Under the pieces are notes generated by a model. That model did not search any database and was not told where the DNA came from. It saw nothing but the letters and a program-made list of their open reading frames with translations. 64,000 nucleotides of DNA, from assembly GCF_050699935.1 (NCBI RefSeq), contig NZ_JBOHGB010000021.1:3245-67244 (forward strand), in the 5' to 3' direction. Source of the DNA: Actinophytocola sp. (lineage in GTDB: Bacteria > Actinomycetota > Actinomycetes > Mycobacteriales > Pseudonocardiaceae). Positions 9,247-19,315 of this stretch are shown piece after piece. The translations under genes and the position numbers were made by a program. The stretch's first letter is position 1. The number at the start of each line of letters is the position of its first letter.

Positions 9247-9288
9247 AAACCGCCGCGACCAAGCGTTTTTGCTAGTCAGCGGCGGTTT
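9247..9288 (-). terminator. hairpin immediately downstream of tRNA-Arg
   Basis: AAACCGCCGC (9247-9256) pairs perfectly with GCGGCGGTTT (9279-9288), with a 22 nt loop. On the minus strand it follows the tRNA 3' end by 8 nt and is followed by TTTCGCC. Confidence 0.45.
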
Positions 9289-9295
9289 GACTGGG

Positions 9296-9368
9296 CGCCC
9301 TTGGCAGGATTCGAACCTGCGACACCTGCCTCCGGAGGGCAGTGCTCTATCCCCTGAGCTACAAGGGC
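9296..9368 (-). tRNA. tRNA-Arg (anticodon CCG)
   Basis: The reverse complement GCCCTTGTAGCTCAGGGGATAGAGCACTGCCCTCCGGAGGCAGGTGTCGCAGGTTCGAATCCTGCCAAGGGCG folds as a cloverleaf. It has a 7 bp acceptor stem (GCCCTTG/CAAGGGC), anticodon loop CTCCGGA and T-loop TTCGAAT. Confidence 0.93.
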
Positions 9369-9436
9369 CCTTGTCATGTGACCGGTACCTTAGCGTACTC
9401 GGTGGGGGCCGGCGGCCGGCGGCTACCGTGAGCCGC

Positions 9437-11158
9437 ATGGATGGGTTGCGCAGGCGGTGGGTGGAGTCCGGCGGGGTGCGGCTCCGCGTGGTCGAGCAAG
9501 GGGCCGGGCCCACGGTGATCCTCGTGCACGGCTACCCGGACAACCATTCCGTCTGGGACGGGGTGGCCGCGCGGCTGCGCGACCGGTTTCGGGTCGTGCG
9601 GTACGACGTGCGGGGGCACGGCTCGTCCGGGGAGCCCCCGAACAAGGACGGCTACCGGATGGCGGCGCTGGGCGACGATCTTCGTGCCGTCGCGAACGCC
9701 GTCTGTCCCGGTGAGGCCGTGCATCTCGTCGGGCACGACTGGGGGTCCATCCAGGGCTGGGCCGCGCTCGATCCGGACCTCGTCAAGTCCTTCACGTCCA
9801 TCTCCGGGCCCGACCTCGACCAGATCGGCGTCTGGCTGCGGGGCTGGCCCCGGCGGCCGCTCCGGGTCGGGCGGCAGGCGCTGCACTCCTGGTACCTCGC
9901 GGCCTTCCAGCTCCCCGTCATCCCCGAGCTGGTCTGGCGGCTGCCGCGGCTGCGGACGACGTTCCGCGCCGACTACCGGGACGCACGCAACGGCATCCAG
10001 CTCTACCGGGCCAACCTGATGAAGCCGCCGAAGGACCCGAAGACGATCACCGTCCCGGTCCAGCAGATCGCGCTCACCCAGGACCCCTACGTCACCCGCT
10101 CCCTGCTCGACGCCGCCGATCCCTGGTGCGAGAACCTCTGGCGCCGCGAGCTCGTCGCCGGGCACTGGGCACCCCGCACGCACCCCGACGCGGTCGCGCG
10201 GCTCATCGCCGACTTCGTCCGGCACGTCGACGGGGAACCGGCGCCGCGCGAGCTCGCCCGGGCGAAGCGACCGGCGCGGACGACTCGGCCGGGGAACGCG
10301 GGGCGGGTGACGCCGGGCAGGCGGGCGAGGAGGAGCGCAACGGTGCCGGACCTGGCGGGGCAGCTCGCCGTCGTCACCGGTGCCGGTAGTGGGATCGGCC
10401 GGGAGACGGCTCTCGCCCTGGCCGACGCCGGTGTCGAGGTCCTCTGCGTGGACATCGACCTCGACTCCGCCGAGGCGACCGCCCGCCGGGCGAACAGTGT
10501 CGCCTACCGGCTCGACGTCGCCGACGGGTCGGCCACCGAGAAGCTCGCCGCGCACGTCAACACCGAGCACGGCGTCCCCGACCTCGTCATGGCCAACGCC
10601 GGCATCGGGGTCAGCGGCTCCTTTCTCGACACCAGCGAGGAGGACTGGCGCCGCGTCCTGGACGTCAACCTGTGGGGTGTGATCCACACCCTCCGCGCAT
10701 TCCTCCCCGCCATGGTCGACCGGCGCGAGGGCGGCCACGTCGTGATCACGTCGAGCGCCGCCGGCTACCTCCCCACGCCGACGCTCCCGGCCTACAGCAC
10801 GACCAAGGCCGGCGTGCTGATGCTCGCCCAGTGCCTCGCCGGCGAGCTCCGGGAGGCCGGCATCGGGGTCAGCGCCATCTGCCCCGGCTTCGTGCACACC
10901 AACATCACCGCCACCACGCGCTTCGCCGGCGTCGGGCCGGAGGAGGAGCAGGACCGCCGGCGACACGCCTTCGCGATGTACGAGAAGCGTGGCTACGGCC
11001 CGGAGAAGGTTGCCCGGGCCGTGGTGGCCGCCGTCGGCGCGGGCAAGCTCGTCGTGCCGGTCACGCCGGAGGCCCGGGTCGGCGCGCTCGGTGCCCGGTT
11101 CGCACCCGCGGCCACCCGGGCGATCGGCCGCTGGCTCGGCTCGCTCGCCGCACGATGA
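9437..11158 (+). CDS. bifunctional alpha/beta-hydrolase / short-chain dehydrogenase fusion protein
   Basis: N-terminal half: VILVHGYPDNHSVWDGV...VHLVGHDWGS (alpha/beta hydrolase nucleophile elbow). C-terminal half: VVTGAGSGIGRETA...ITSSAAGY...YSTTKAG (SDR TGxxxGxG and YxxxK). Start at ATG 9437 or GTG 9428. Confidence 0.8.
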   Translation: MDGLRRRWVESGGVRLRVVEQGAGPTVILVHGYPDNHSVWDGVAARLRDRFRVVRYDVRGHGSSGEPPNKDGYRMAALGDDLRAVANAVCPGEAVHLVGHDWGSIQGWAALDPDLVKSFTSISGPDLDQIGVWLRGWPRRPLRVGRQALHSWYLAAFQLPVIPELVWRLPRLRTTFRADYRDARNGIQLYRANLMKPPKDPKTITVPVQQIALTQDPYVTRSLLDAADPWCENLWRRELVAGHWAPRTHPDAVARLIADFVRHVDGEPAPRELARAKRPARTTRPGNAGRVTPGRRARRSATVPDLAGQLAVVTGAGSGIGRETALALADAGVEVLCVDIDLDSAEATARRANSVAYRLDVADGSATEKLAAHVNTEHGVPDLVMANAGIGVSGSFLDTSEEDWRRVLDVNLWGVIHTLRAFLPAMVDRREGGHVVITSSAAGYLPTPTLPAYSTTKAGVLMLAQCLAGELREAGIGVSAICPGFVHTNITATTRFAGVGPEEEQDRRRHAFAMYEKRGYGPEKVARAVVAAVGAGKLVVPVTPEARVGALGARFAPAATRAIGRWLGSLAAR

Positions 11159-11216
11159 ACGTTGCAAGCATGCGCATGTGACTATATGTTGGCGCCCGGG
11201 TAGGAAGGAGCCGGGT

Positions 11217-12113
11217 ATGAGCCACGAGCACGCGAGCGCGTCCCGCCGCCACCTGGGCGTGCTGACCGCCGCGTTCGCGATCACGGCCGCGTTCATGGTG
11301 GTCGAGGTCGCCGCCGGGCTCGCGACCTCCTCGCTCGCGCTCATCTCCGACGGTGCGCACATGGTCACCGACGTGATCGGGGTCGGCCTCGCGCTCGTCG
11401 CGATCCTCGCCGCCGGACGCGCCCGCCGCACCCCCGGCCGGACCTTCGGCCTCTACCGCGCCGAGGTGCTCGCCGCCCTCGCCAACGCCGTCCTGCTCTT
11501 CGGGGTCGCCGGCTACGTCCTCGTCGAGGCCGTGCAGCGGTTCCGCGATCCGCCCGTGGTACCCGGCGGCACCGTGCTGGCCGTCGCGCTGCTCGGGCTG
11601 GTGGCCAACACGGCCGCGTTCCTGTTGCTGCGCAAGGGGTCCGCGGAGAGCCTCAACGTCCGCGGCGCCTACCTGGAGGTGCTCGCCGACCTCGTCGGCT
11701 CGCTCGGCGTGCTGCTCAGCGGCGCGCTGACGCTGCTGTTCGGCTGGCGCTGGGCCGACCCCGTCCTCGGTGTCGCGATCGGACTGTGGGTGCTGCCGCG
11801 CACCTGGGCACTGGCCCGCCGCTCGCTGCGCATCCTGTTCCAGCACGCCCCCGAGCGGGTCGACGTCGAGCGGCTCACCCACGCGCTGGGCGCGCTCGAC
11901 CGGGTCAGGGAGGTGCACGACGTGCACGTCTGGACGCTCACCTCGGGCATGGAGGTCGCCTCCGCGCACCTCACCGTGCTCGCCGGCGCCGACCGGGAGG
12001 AGATCCTGCGGGCCGCGCGCACGCTGCTCGCCGACGAGTACCAGATCGAGCACGCCACGCTGCAGGTCGAGACCGGCGAGTCCGCGGTGAGCTGCCACGA
12101 GCTCCAGTGGTGA
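11217..12113 (+). CDS. cation diffusion facilitator (CzcD/ZitB-type Zn/Co/Cd efflux)
   Basis: ATG follows GGAAGGAG. Six predicted TM segments. Motifs: LALISDGAHMVTDV, RTFGLYRAEVLAAL, LEVLADLVGSLGVL and HVWTLTSG..ASAHL. Confidence 0.85.
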   Translation: MSHEHASASRRHLGVLTAAFAITAAFMVVEVAAGLATSSLALISDGAHMVTDVIGVGLALVAILAAGRARRTPGRTFGLYRAEVLAALANAVLLFGVAGYVLVEAVQRFRDPPVVPGGTVLAVALLGLVANTAAFLLLRKGSAESLNVRGAYLEVLADLVGSLGVLLSGALTLLFGWRWADPVLGVAIGLWVLPRTWALARRSLRILFQHAPERVDVERLTHALGALDRVREVHDVHVWTLTSGMEVASAHLTVLAGADREEILRAARTLLADEYQIEHATLQVETGESAVSCHELQW

Positions 12114-12117
12114 CCGC

Positions 12118-12942
12118 TCAGGGGAACGGCAGGGGCTCGGCGCCGCGCTGGTTCAGGTACGCGGTCATCAGCCGGATCTCGTTGTCCTGGCTGGAGACGA
12201 CCTTCTGCGCGAGGTTGCGCACGTAGCCCTCGGACGCGTGCTCGGCGGCGTACTGCGCCATCTCCAGCCCACCCTGGTGGTGGCGGAGCATCAGCTGCAG
12301 GAACAGCACGTCCAGCTCCTTGCCGGACAGCGTGCGCAGCCTGTTGAGCTCCTCGGTGGTGGCCATGCCGGGCATCCGCTGCACGGCCCCGGTCGTGGTC
12401 CCGCCACTGCCGTCGCTGTGCGAGTGGGTACCGCCCTCGGACATCCAGCCCATGTGCGGGGCGCCCGGAGCGGGCAGGGCGGGCTGGCCCCACACGGTCA
12501 GCCAGCCCGACATCTCGCTGAGCTGCGCGAGCTGCGTGGACTCGATGTCGTACGCGATGCCGCGCAGCACCTGGTCGGTCGTACGGTCGCGCTCGATGCC
12601 CGCCATCGTCACCGCCTGCAGGTGGTGCACCCGCATGTCCTGCGCGAACCCGACGTCGACCGAGCCCGCGTCGGGCGGCGCGGACGAGTCGGTCCGGGAG
12701 AGCGTCACGAGCATCCCGACGGTGGCACCGACCAGCAGCAGGACGACCGCGGCGGCGACGTACACGAGCACCCGGGGACCGCGCGACTGCCCCTCGTAGT
12801 GACCGGCGTCGCCCGTGTCGCGGTCGTCCCCGTCGGGGATCTCGTCGGGGTCGTCGGCCGTGCGGTCGTTGTCGTCGGGGGCGGGGTCGCCGACGGTCTC
12901 GTTGGTGTCCTCCGGTGCGGCCGGTTCGCGTGACCCGGTCAC
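12118..12942 (-). CDS. DUF305 domain protein with acidic N-terminus and one TM helix
   Basis: GTG start overlaps the upstream stop (GTGA). Duplicated DUF305 helices: DVGFAQDMRVHHLQAVTMA and DVLFLQLMLRHHQGGLEMA. Confidence 0.75.
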   Translation of the reverse strand: MTGSREPAAPEDTNETVGDPAPDDNDRTADDPDEIPDGDDRDTGDAGHYEGQSRGPRVLVYVAAAVVLLLVGATVGMLVTLSRTDSSAPPDAGSVDVGFAQDMRVHHLQAVTMAGIERDRTTDQVLRGIAYDIESTQLAQLSEMSGWLTVWGQPALPAPGAPHMGWMSEGGTHSHSDGSGGTTTGAVQRMPGMATTEELNRLRTLSGKELDVLFLQLMLRHHQGGLEMAQYAAEHASEGYVRNLAQKVVSSQDNEIRLMTAYLNQRGAEPLPFP

Positions 12943-13829
12943 TGGCTCGGCGGGGGCGCGTTCGTGGCCGGGGCGGACGGGGGCACGGTGGCCGCTGGCG
13001 GCTGCTGGCCTGGCGGGAGCTGCTGGCCGGGCGGTGGCTGCTGGCCGGCCGCGCCCTCGTCCGTCGCCTCGATCGCGCCCTTGCCGTCCATGGTCACCGC
13101 GTCCTTGCCGGGCTTCTCGGCCACGAACGGCGGCGGGTTGATCGGGTCGAAGCCGGTGCCGTCGGAGTCGCAGCGCCCGCCCGGCTCGGGGTTCTGGTAC
13201 TGGTTCTCCCGCAGCGAGTTGGTGAACTGGTCGATCCGCTCGTCGTCGGCGCTGTCGAGCTTGAGCTGGTGTCCCCAGGACTGCAGTGAGATCGGCCTGT
13301 CGAGGCCGGGGTAGGGCGACAGCATCATGTACGGCTGGCCCTCGACCTTGCTCTTCAGCTTGTCGAGCGCGCCACCCTTGATCTCGTCCGGGTTGTACGC
13401 GATCCACACCGCGCCGTGCTCCAGCGAGTGGACCATGTTCTCGTTGCGGACGGCCTTGTCGTAGACCGTGCCGGAGCAGTTCGCCCACGCCTGGTCGTGC
13501 GGTCCGCCGAAGGGCGGGGTCTGGTCGTAGGCGACCCGCTGCTGGGGCGCGACGTGCTGGGCGCCGTCGTAGTTGACGCGCGTGACGCCGTCGATGTTCT
13601 CCGAGGGGTCCTGGTTCTCCTCCGACGCGATCCACTGCTCCTTCTCGTTGATCTGCGTGAAGGCGTAGGTGAACACGCCGCCCGCCAGCAGCAAGACGAC
13701 GGCCGCCCCGAGGATCGTGGCCCACGGGATGGGCTTACCCGCGCGCGAGATGGAGGTGCGCGTCCGCGCGTTCTTGGCGGAGCCGCCCTTGCCCTTGGGC
13801 TTGCCCTTGCTCTTCGTCCCGCTCGCCAT
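12939..13829 (-). CDS. DUF3105 domain protein, membrane anchored, Pro/Gln-rich C-terminal tail
   Basis: Contains [44 protein letters not shown]...[20 protein letters not shown], with tail [19 protein letters not shown]. Confidence 0.75.
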   Translation of the reverse strand: MASGTKSKGKPKGKGGSAKNARTRTSISRAGKPIPWATILGAAVVLLLAGGVFTYAFTQINEKEQWIASEENQDPSENIDGVTRVNYDGAQHVAPQQRVAYDQTPPFGGPHDQAWANCSGTVYDKAVRNENMVHSLEHGAVWIAYNPDEIKGGALDKLKSKVEGQPYMMLSPYPGLDRPISLQSWGHQLKLDSADDERIDQFTNSLRENQYQNPEPGGRCDSDGTGFDPINPPPFVAEKPGKDAVTMDGKGAIEATDEGAAGQQPPPGQQLPPGQQPPAATVPPSAPATNAPPPSQ

Positions 13830-13908
13830 TCCGGTCTCGGACCTCGTCTCGTACAGGGAAGACAGACTGCAGCGGACAAGTGTAAGGAACGAGCATGTGG
13901 GGTCGGCG

Positions 13909-14568
13909 TCAGGGACCTTCGACCGGCGCCGCGTCCGGACCGGGTGGGCTCGGGTCGAACGGCGGCGGGTCGGTCACGTCGAACTGGCTGGGGTTCGTGC
14001 CGCAGGGCGCGCCGTGCTCGGGCGTGGTGTACGGGTTGTTCCGCAGCGCCGTGATGAACTGGTCGACCCGCTCGTCGTCGGCGCTGTCGAGCTTGAGCTG
14101 GTGTTCCCAGGACTGCAGCGAGAGCGGCGCGTCCAGCTCCGGGTAGGGGGAGAGCATCAGGTACGGCTGGCCGTCGACCTTGTCCGCGAGCCCGTCGAAC
14201 GCCGCGCCCGTCACGCGCGCGGGGTCGTAGGCGATCCACACCGCGCCGTGCTCCAGCGCGTGGACCATGTTCTCGTTGCGGACCGGCTCGGCGTAGACGG
14301 TCCCCGAGCAGTCCGCCCAGCTCGGGTCGTGCCGGCCGCCGTAGGGCGGGGCCTTGTCGTAGGCGACCCGCTGGCCCGGGTCGGCGTGCGAGGGCTCGTA
14401 CTCGGTGATGACCACGCCCTCGATGTCCTTGGACGGGTCCTGGTTCTCGTCCGACGGCTCGAACCCCGGCGCGCCCACCGCGGCCGACGTGGGGTCCCGC
14501 TCGTCGGACTCGCCACCGGTCCGGCTGCTGCAGGCGGCGAGCAGCGTGAGGCCGGCGGCGGCCACCAC
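13909..14568 (-). CDS. DUF3105 domain lipoprotein (paralogue of 12939..13829)
   Basis: LTLLAAC lipobox. Contains [43 protein letters not shown]...[20 protein letters not shown]. The start is uncertain because the signal peptide lacks a charged n-region with the GTG at 14568. Confidence 0.7.
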   Translation of the reverse strand: MVAAAGLTLLAACSSRTGGESDERDPTSAAVGAPGFEPSDENQDPSKDIEGVVITEYEPSHADPGQRVAYDKAPPYGGRHDPSWADCSGTVYAEPVRNENMVHALEHGAVWIAYDPARVTGAAFDGLADKVDGQPYLMLSPYPELDAPLSLQSWEHQLKLDSADDERVDQFITALRNNPYTTPEHGAPCGTNPSQFDVTDPPPFDPSPPGPDAAPVEGP

Positions 14569-14691
14569 GAGCGCGCGGCGCGCGTACGACGTGTCGATGG
14601 TGCTCCACCCTCCCGGTCCGGGGCCCCACGCGACAGCCTATGGCCGAGGTCTCTCGGTCGTGTCGGGGGCGGGCTACCTAGACTTCCCAGG

Positions 14692-16368
14692 GTGACTCCT
14701 GCCGCGCTTGCCGACCTCGTCCGTGCCGTCGCCGTGGACGTGCTGACCAGCCGAGACCTCGATGACACCGCCCTGCCACGGACGGTGACGATCGAGCGAC
14801 CGCGTAACCGCGAGCACGGCGACTACGCGACGAACGTGGCCCTGCAGGTGGCCAAGAAGGTCGGGGTGGCGCCGCGCGACCTCGCCGGCTGGCTGGCCGA
14901 CGGGCTCGCCGGCCGGGACGGGGTGGCCTCGGCCGAGGTGGCAGGGCCCGGCTTCATCAACCTCCGGCTCGCCGCGGACGCCCAGGGCGTGATCGTCCGC
15001 CAGGTGCTCGACGCGGGGGAGCGCTACGGCCGGGGTGACGCGCTCGCCGGCCGGCGGATCAACCTCGAGTTCGTCTCGGCCAACCCGACCGGGCCGCTGC
15101 ACCTGGGCGGCACCCGCTGGGCCGCGGCCGGGGACGCGCTGGGGCGGGTGCTGTCCGCGCAGGGCGCCGAGGTGGTGCGCGAGTACTACTTCAACGACGC
15201 CGGCGCGCAGATCGACCGGTTCGTCCGCTCGCTGATCGCGTCGGCCAAGGGCGAGCCGCCGCCCGAGGACGGCTACGCGGGCGCGTACCTGTCCGACGTC
15301 GCCGCGGAGGTGCTGCGTACCGAGCCGAACGCGCTGTCGCTGCCCGAGGACGAGTGCGCGGAGACCTTCCGGCGCATCGGCGTCGGGCGGATGTTCGACG
15401 AGATCAAGCGCAGCCTGCACGAGTTCGGCACCGACTTCGACGTCTACTTCCACGAGGACTCGCTGCACGGCTCCGGCCAGGTGGGCGAGGTCGTGGCGGA
15501 GCTCAAGGCGCACGGGCACCTGTACGAGGCCGACGGCGCGTGGTGGCTGCGCTCCACGGAGTTCGGCGACGACAAGGACCGGGTCGTCATCAAATCCGAC
15601 AGCGAGCCGGCCTACATCGCCGGTGACATCGCCTACCTGCGGGACAAGCGCCGCCGCGGGTTCGACCTGTGCATCTACCTGCTCGGCGCCGACCACCACG
15701 GCTACATCGCCCGGCTCAAGGCCGCCGCGGCCGCGCTCGACGACGACCCGGCCGTGGTCGAGGTCCTCATCGGACAGATGGTGAGCCTCGTCAGCGAGGG
15801 CAAGCCGGTCCGGATGTCCAAGCGCGCGGGCACCGTCGTGACGATGGAGGACCTGGTCGACGCCGTCGGCGTGGACGCGGCGCGGTACGCGCTCATCCGC
15901 TCGTCCGTGGACGCCACGCTCGACATCGACCTGGACCTGTGGAGCCGGCGCACGAGCGACAACCCGGTGTTCTACGTGCAGTACGCGCACGCCCGGCTGT
16001 CCTCGCTGGAGCGCAACGCCGCGGAGCTGGGCATCAAGGTGCCGACGGCGGCCACCGGGCTGGACGACGACGTCGACCTCGGCCTGCTCGCCCACCAGCG
16101 GGAGGGCGAGCTGATCCGCACGATCGGCGACTTCGGCAAGGTCGTGGCCACCGCCGCGCAGCTGCGTGAGCCGCACCGGATCGCGCGCTACCTCGAGGAG
16201 CTGGCGAGCGCCTACCACAAGTTCTACGACAGCTGCCGGATCCTGCCGCAGGGCGACGAGGTGGCCACCCCGCTGACCACCGCCCGCCTCGCCCTGTGCG
16301 CGGCGGTCCGCCAACTGCTCGCCAACGGCCTCGCCCTGCTCGGCGTGTCCGCCCCAGAACGGATGTAA
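14692..16368 (+). CDS. argS: arginine--tRNA ligase
   Basis: Inside ORF 13669..16368. GTG at 14692 gives [13 protein letters not shown]...[16 protein letters not shown]...[19 protein letters not shown] (HIGH region) ...RMSKRAG (KMSK-like) ...[11 protein letters not shown]. Confidence 0.92.
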   Translation: MTPAALADLVRAVAVDVLTSRDLDDTALPRTVTIERPRNREHGDYATNVALQVAKKVGVAPRDLAGWLADGLAGRDGVASAEVAGPGFINLRLAADAQGVIVRQVLDAGERYGRGDALAGRRINLEFVSANPTGPLHLGGTRWAAAGDALGRVLSAQGAEVVREYYFNDAGAQIDRFVRSLIASAKGEPPPEDGYAGAYLSDVAAEVLRTEPNALSLPEDECAETFRRIGVGRMFDEIKRSLHEFGTDFDVYFHEDSLHGSGQVGEVVAELKAHGHLYEADGAWWLRSTEFGDDKDRVVIKSDSEPAYIAGDIAYLRDKRRRGFDLCIYLLGADHHGYIARLKAAAAALDDDPAVVEVLIGQMVSLVSEGKPVRMSKRAGTVVTMEDLVDAVGVDAARYALIRSSVDATLDIDLDLWSRRTSDNPVFYVQYAHARLSSLERNAAELGIKVPTAATGLDDDVDLGLLAHQREGELIRTIGDFGKVVATAAQLREPHRIARYLEELASAYHKFYDSCRILPQGDEVATPLTTARLALCAAVRQLLANGLALLGVSAPERM

Positions 16369-16449
16369 CCCGATGCCCACGCAAGCCTGGAAGGACGCCT
16401 TCCGGACGTTCAATGCCATGATGGGCCCCTTCCAGGCATTGGCCCGCTC

Positions 16450-17886
16450 ATGAGGGCGCATCCGGCAGGGCCGCTGCACGCCGAAGTCCTGCCGCCGGGC
16501 AACACGGCCGGACCGCGACCGTCCACAGCGGACGAGCTGGACGAGCTGCTGCCCGATGTCTGGCCGCGCAACGCCCGGCGCGACGAGGCGGGCGTGGTCC
16601 GCCTGGCCGGGGTGGACGTGCGGCGCCTCGCGGAGGAATACGGCACCCCGCTGTTCGTCGTGGACGAGGCCGACTTCCGGGCCCGCTGCGCCGAGCACGC
16701 CGCCGCGTTCGGCGACCCGGCCCTCGTGCACTACGCGGCCAAGGCGTTCCTCTCGGTCCAGGTAGCCCGCTGGGTCGCCGAGGAGGGCCTGTCGCTGGAC
16801 GTGTGCAGCGGCGGCGAGCTGGAGATCGCGCTGCGGGCCGGCTTCCCGCCGGAGCGGATCACCTTGCACGGCAACAACAAGTCCGCACCGGAGCTGGCCG
16901 ACGGGGTGGCCGCCGGGGTCGGCGCGGTCGTGCTCGACTCGTTCTACGAGATCGCCCGGCTGAACCGGATCGCCCTCGACCAGGGCCGGGTGCAGGACGT
17001 GCTCGTGCGCGTGACGGTCGGGGTGGAGGCGCACACGCACGAGTACATCGCGACCGCGCACGAGGACCAGAAGTTCGGCTTCTCGCTCGCCGGCGGCCTC
17101 GCCGCGGAGGCCGTGCGCCGGGTCCTCGGCTTGCCCGGGCTGCGGCTCGTCGGGCTGCACAGCCACATCGGCTCGCAGATCTTCGACGCCAACGCGTTCG
17201 AGGTGTCCGCGCACCGGGTCATCGGGCTGCTCGCGGACCTGCGCGACGAGCACGGCGCGGACGCCGTCGCCAGTGTGTCCACTGTGGACCTCGGGGGCGG
17301 GCTCGGCATCGCCTACACCGCGGCGGACGACCCGCCGCCGCCCGGCTGGCTCGCCGAGCAGCTGCGCAACATCGTGGCGAAGGAGTGCGAGCAGGCCGGG
17401 CTGGACCTGCCGAGGATCGCGGTCGAGCCGGGCCGGGCCATCGTCGGTCCCGGCACCGTGACGGTCTACGAGGTCGGCACGATCAAGGACGTCGAGCTCG
17501 GCCACGGTTCCGCTCGCCGCTACGTCAGCGTCGACGGTGGGATGAGCGACAACATCCGCACGGCGCTCTACGACGCGACCTACGACTGCCGCCTGCTGTC
17601 CCGGTTCTCCGACGACGGCGGCCGCGGCGGCGAGGCCGTGCTGTCGCGGGTGGTCGGCAAGCACTGCGAGTCCGGCGACGTGGTCGTACGGGACTGCTGG
17701 CTGCCGGAGAACCTGGGACCCGGCGACCTTATCGCGGTGGCCGCCACCGGTGCGTACTGCTACGCGATGGCGTCGAGCTACAACCGGCTGCCGCGGCCCG
17801 CGGTCGTCGCGGTGCGCGACGGTGCGGCGTGGCTGCTGCTGCGCCGGGAGACCGTGGACGACCTCCTGCGGCTGGAGGTCTCATGA
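16450..17886 (+). CDS. lysA: diaminopimelate decarboxylase
   Basis: Contains [17 protein letters not shown]...HYAAKAF...[12 protein letters not shown]...HSHIGSQIF...VEPGRAIVG...GKHCESGD...[12 protein letters not shown]. The N-terminal start may be further downstream. Confidence 0.9.
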   Translation: MRAHPAGPLHAEVLPPGNTAGPRPSTADELDELLPDVWPRNARRDEAGVVRLAGVDVRRLAEEYGTPLFVVDEADFRARCAEHAAAFGDPALVHYAAKAFLSVQVARWVAEEGLSLDVCSGGELEIALRAGFPPERITLHGNNKSAPELADGVAAGVGAVVLDSFYEIARLNRIALDQGRVQDVLVRVTVGVEAHTHEYIATAHEDQKFGFSLAGGLAAEAVRRVLGLPGLRLVGLHSHIGSQIFDANAFEVSAHRVIGLLADLRDEHGADAVASVSTVDLGGGLGIAYTAADDPPPPGWLAEQLRNIVAKECEQAGLDLPRIAVEPGRAIVGPGTVTVYEVGTIKDVELGHGSARRYVSVDGGMSDNIRTALYDATYDCRLLSRFSDDGGRGGEAVLSRVVGKHCESGDVVVRDCWLPENLGPGDLIAVAATGAYCYAMASSYNRLPRPAVVAVRDGAAWLLLRRETVDDLLRLEVS

Positions 17887-17888
17887 AC

Positions 17889-18010
17889 GGAACCCGCGAG
17901 TCCAACCGTCAGAACCCGCGAGTCCAACCGTCCGGGCCCGCGAGTCCGGCATTCGGCACGGGCGCGAATGTTGGACTCACCCGTCGGGAACGTTGGACTC
18001 GCGGGTTGGG
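17889..18010. repeat. cluster of five about 22 bp units (3 forward, 2 reverse) filling the lysA-hom spacer
   Basis: Forward units: GGAACCCGCGAGTCCAACCGTC at 17889-17910, AGAACCCGCGAGTCCAACCGTC at 17911-17932, and a partial unit at 17933-17954. Reverse units lie at 17966-17988 and 17988-18010 (GAACGTTGGACTCGCGGGTTGGG). Nested long hairpins are possible. Confidence 0.85.
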
Positions 18011-18016
18011 GGCGTC

Positions 18017-19315
18017 GTGAGTATCAAGGTCGCCATGCTGGGGTGTGGAACCGTTGGGGCGGAAGTGGTCCGGCTGCTGCACGAGCAGGCCGGCGACCTC
18101 GCCGCGCGCGTCGGCGGGTCGATCGAGCTGGCCGGGATCGCCGTGCGGCGGCCCAACCGGCACCCGGACGTGCCCGCGGACCTGCTCACCACCGACGCCG
18201 CCGGGCTCGTCGCGTCCGATGTGGACATCGTGGTCGAGGTGATCGGCGGCATCGAGCCGGCCCGCTCGCTGCTGACCGACGCGCTGCGCGCCGGCAAGTC
18301 CGTGGTGACCGCGAACAAGGCGCTGCTCGCCGAGCACGCCGCGGACCTGTTCGCGGCCGCCGGCTCCGCGGGCGCGGACCTGTACTTCGAGGCCGCGGTG
18401 GCGGGTGCGATCCCGCTGTTGCGGCCGCTGCGCGAGTCGCTCGCCGGCGACCGGATCACCCGGGTGATGGGGATCGTCAACGGCACCACCAACTACGTAC
18501 TGTCCGAAATGGACGCGTCGGGCGCGGGCTACGCGGAGACGCTCGACGAGGCCTCCCGGCTCGGCTACGCGGAGGCCGACCCGACGGCCGACGTGGAGGG
18601 CTACGACGCGGCGTCCAAGGCGGCCATCCTCGCCTCGATCGCCTTCCACACCAGGGTCACCGCGGCCGACGTGTACCGGGAGGGCATCACCGCGGTCACG
18701 CCGGCGGACATCGCCGCCGCGCGGACGCTCGGCCGGACGATCAAGCTGCTGGCCATCTGCGAGCGGGTGAACGGCGGCCCGGACAGCGCTGCCGGCGAGG
18801 CGGTCGCGGTCCGCGTGCACCCGGCGATGATCCCGCGCGGCCACCCCCTCGCGACCGTGGGCGGCGCGTTCAACGCGGTCTTCGTGGAGGCCGACGCGGC
18901 CGGCTCGCTGATGTTCTACGGCCAGGGCGCGGGCGGCTCGCCCACCGCGAGCGCGGTGCTCGGCGACCTCGTCGCGGTGGCACGCAACAAGGTCGTGGGC
19001 GGGCGCGGGCCGGGGGAGTCCTCTTACGCCGCGCTCCCGGTCCGCCCGATCGCCCAGGTGGACACCCGCTACCACATCAGCCTGGACGTGGCCGACCGCC
19101 CGGGTGTGCTGGCTTCGGTGGCCACGGTGTTCGCCGAGCACGGCGTGAGCATCGCCGCGGTCCGCCAGCAGGGCCGCAGCGCCGACGCGAGCCTGGTCAT
19201 CGTCACGCACTCCGCCCCCGACGCCGCCCTAAGGTCCACTGTCGACAAGATCGCGGGGCTGGCGGTCGTGCACGAGGTAGTCAGCGTGATGCGGGTAGAA
19301 GGCGAGGAACCATGA
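18017..19315 (+). CDS. hom: homoserine dehydrogenase
   Basis: GTG at 18017 gives [21 protein letters not shown]...[10 protein letters not shown]...[10 protein letters not shown]...[10 protein letters not shown]...[18 protein letters not shown], plus a C-terminal ACT domain. Confidence 0.92.
   Translation: MSIKVAMLGCGTVGAEVVRLLHEQAGDLAARVGGSIELAGIAVRRPNRHPDVPADLLTTDAAGLVASDVDIVVEVIGGIEPARSLLTDALRAGKSVVTANKALLAEHAADLFAAAGSAGADLYFEAAVAGAIPLLRPLRESLAGDRITRVMGIVNGTTNYVLSEMDASGAGYAETLDEASRLGYAEADPTADVEGYDAASKAAILASIAFHTRVTAADVYREGITAVTPADIAAARTLGRTIKLLAICERVNGGPDSAAGEAVAVRVHPAMIPRGHPLATVGGAFNAVFVEADAAGSLMFYGQGAGGSPTASAVLGDLVAVARNKVVGGRGPGESSYAALPVRPIAQVDTRYHISLDVADRPGVLASVATVFAEHGVSIAAVRQQGRSADASLVIVTHSAPDAALRSTVDKIAGLAVVHEVVSVMRVEGEEP

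Noticed and set aside
14674-17664. 996 aa ORF on the minus strand. Similar giants include 35950..40428 (1492 aa), 9374..11431 (685 aa), 25704..27740, 58805..60400, and the upstream part of 45590..48166.
   Set aside because: They lie antisense to well-supported genes (argS/lysA, atpA-atpC, and others). Their Arg/Gly/Pro/Ala-dominated low-complexity translations show no motifs. These are typical GC-rich shadow ORFs.
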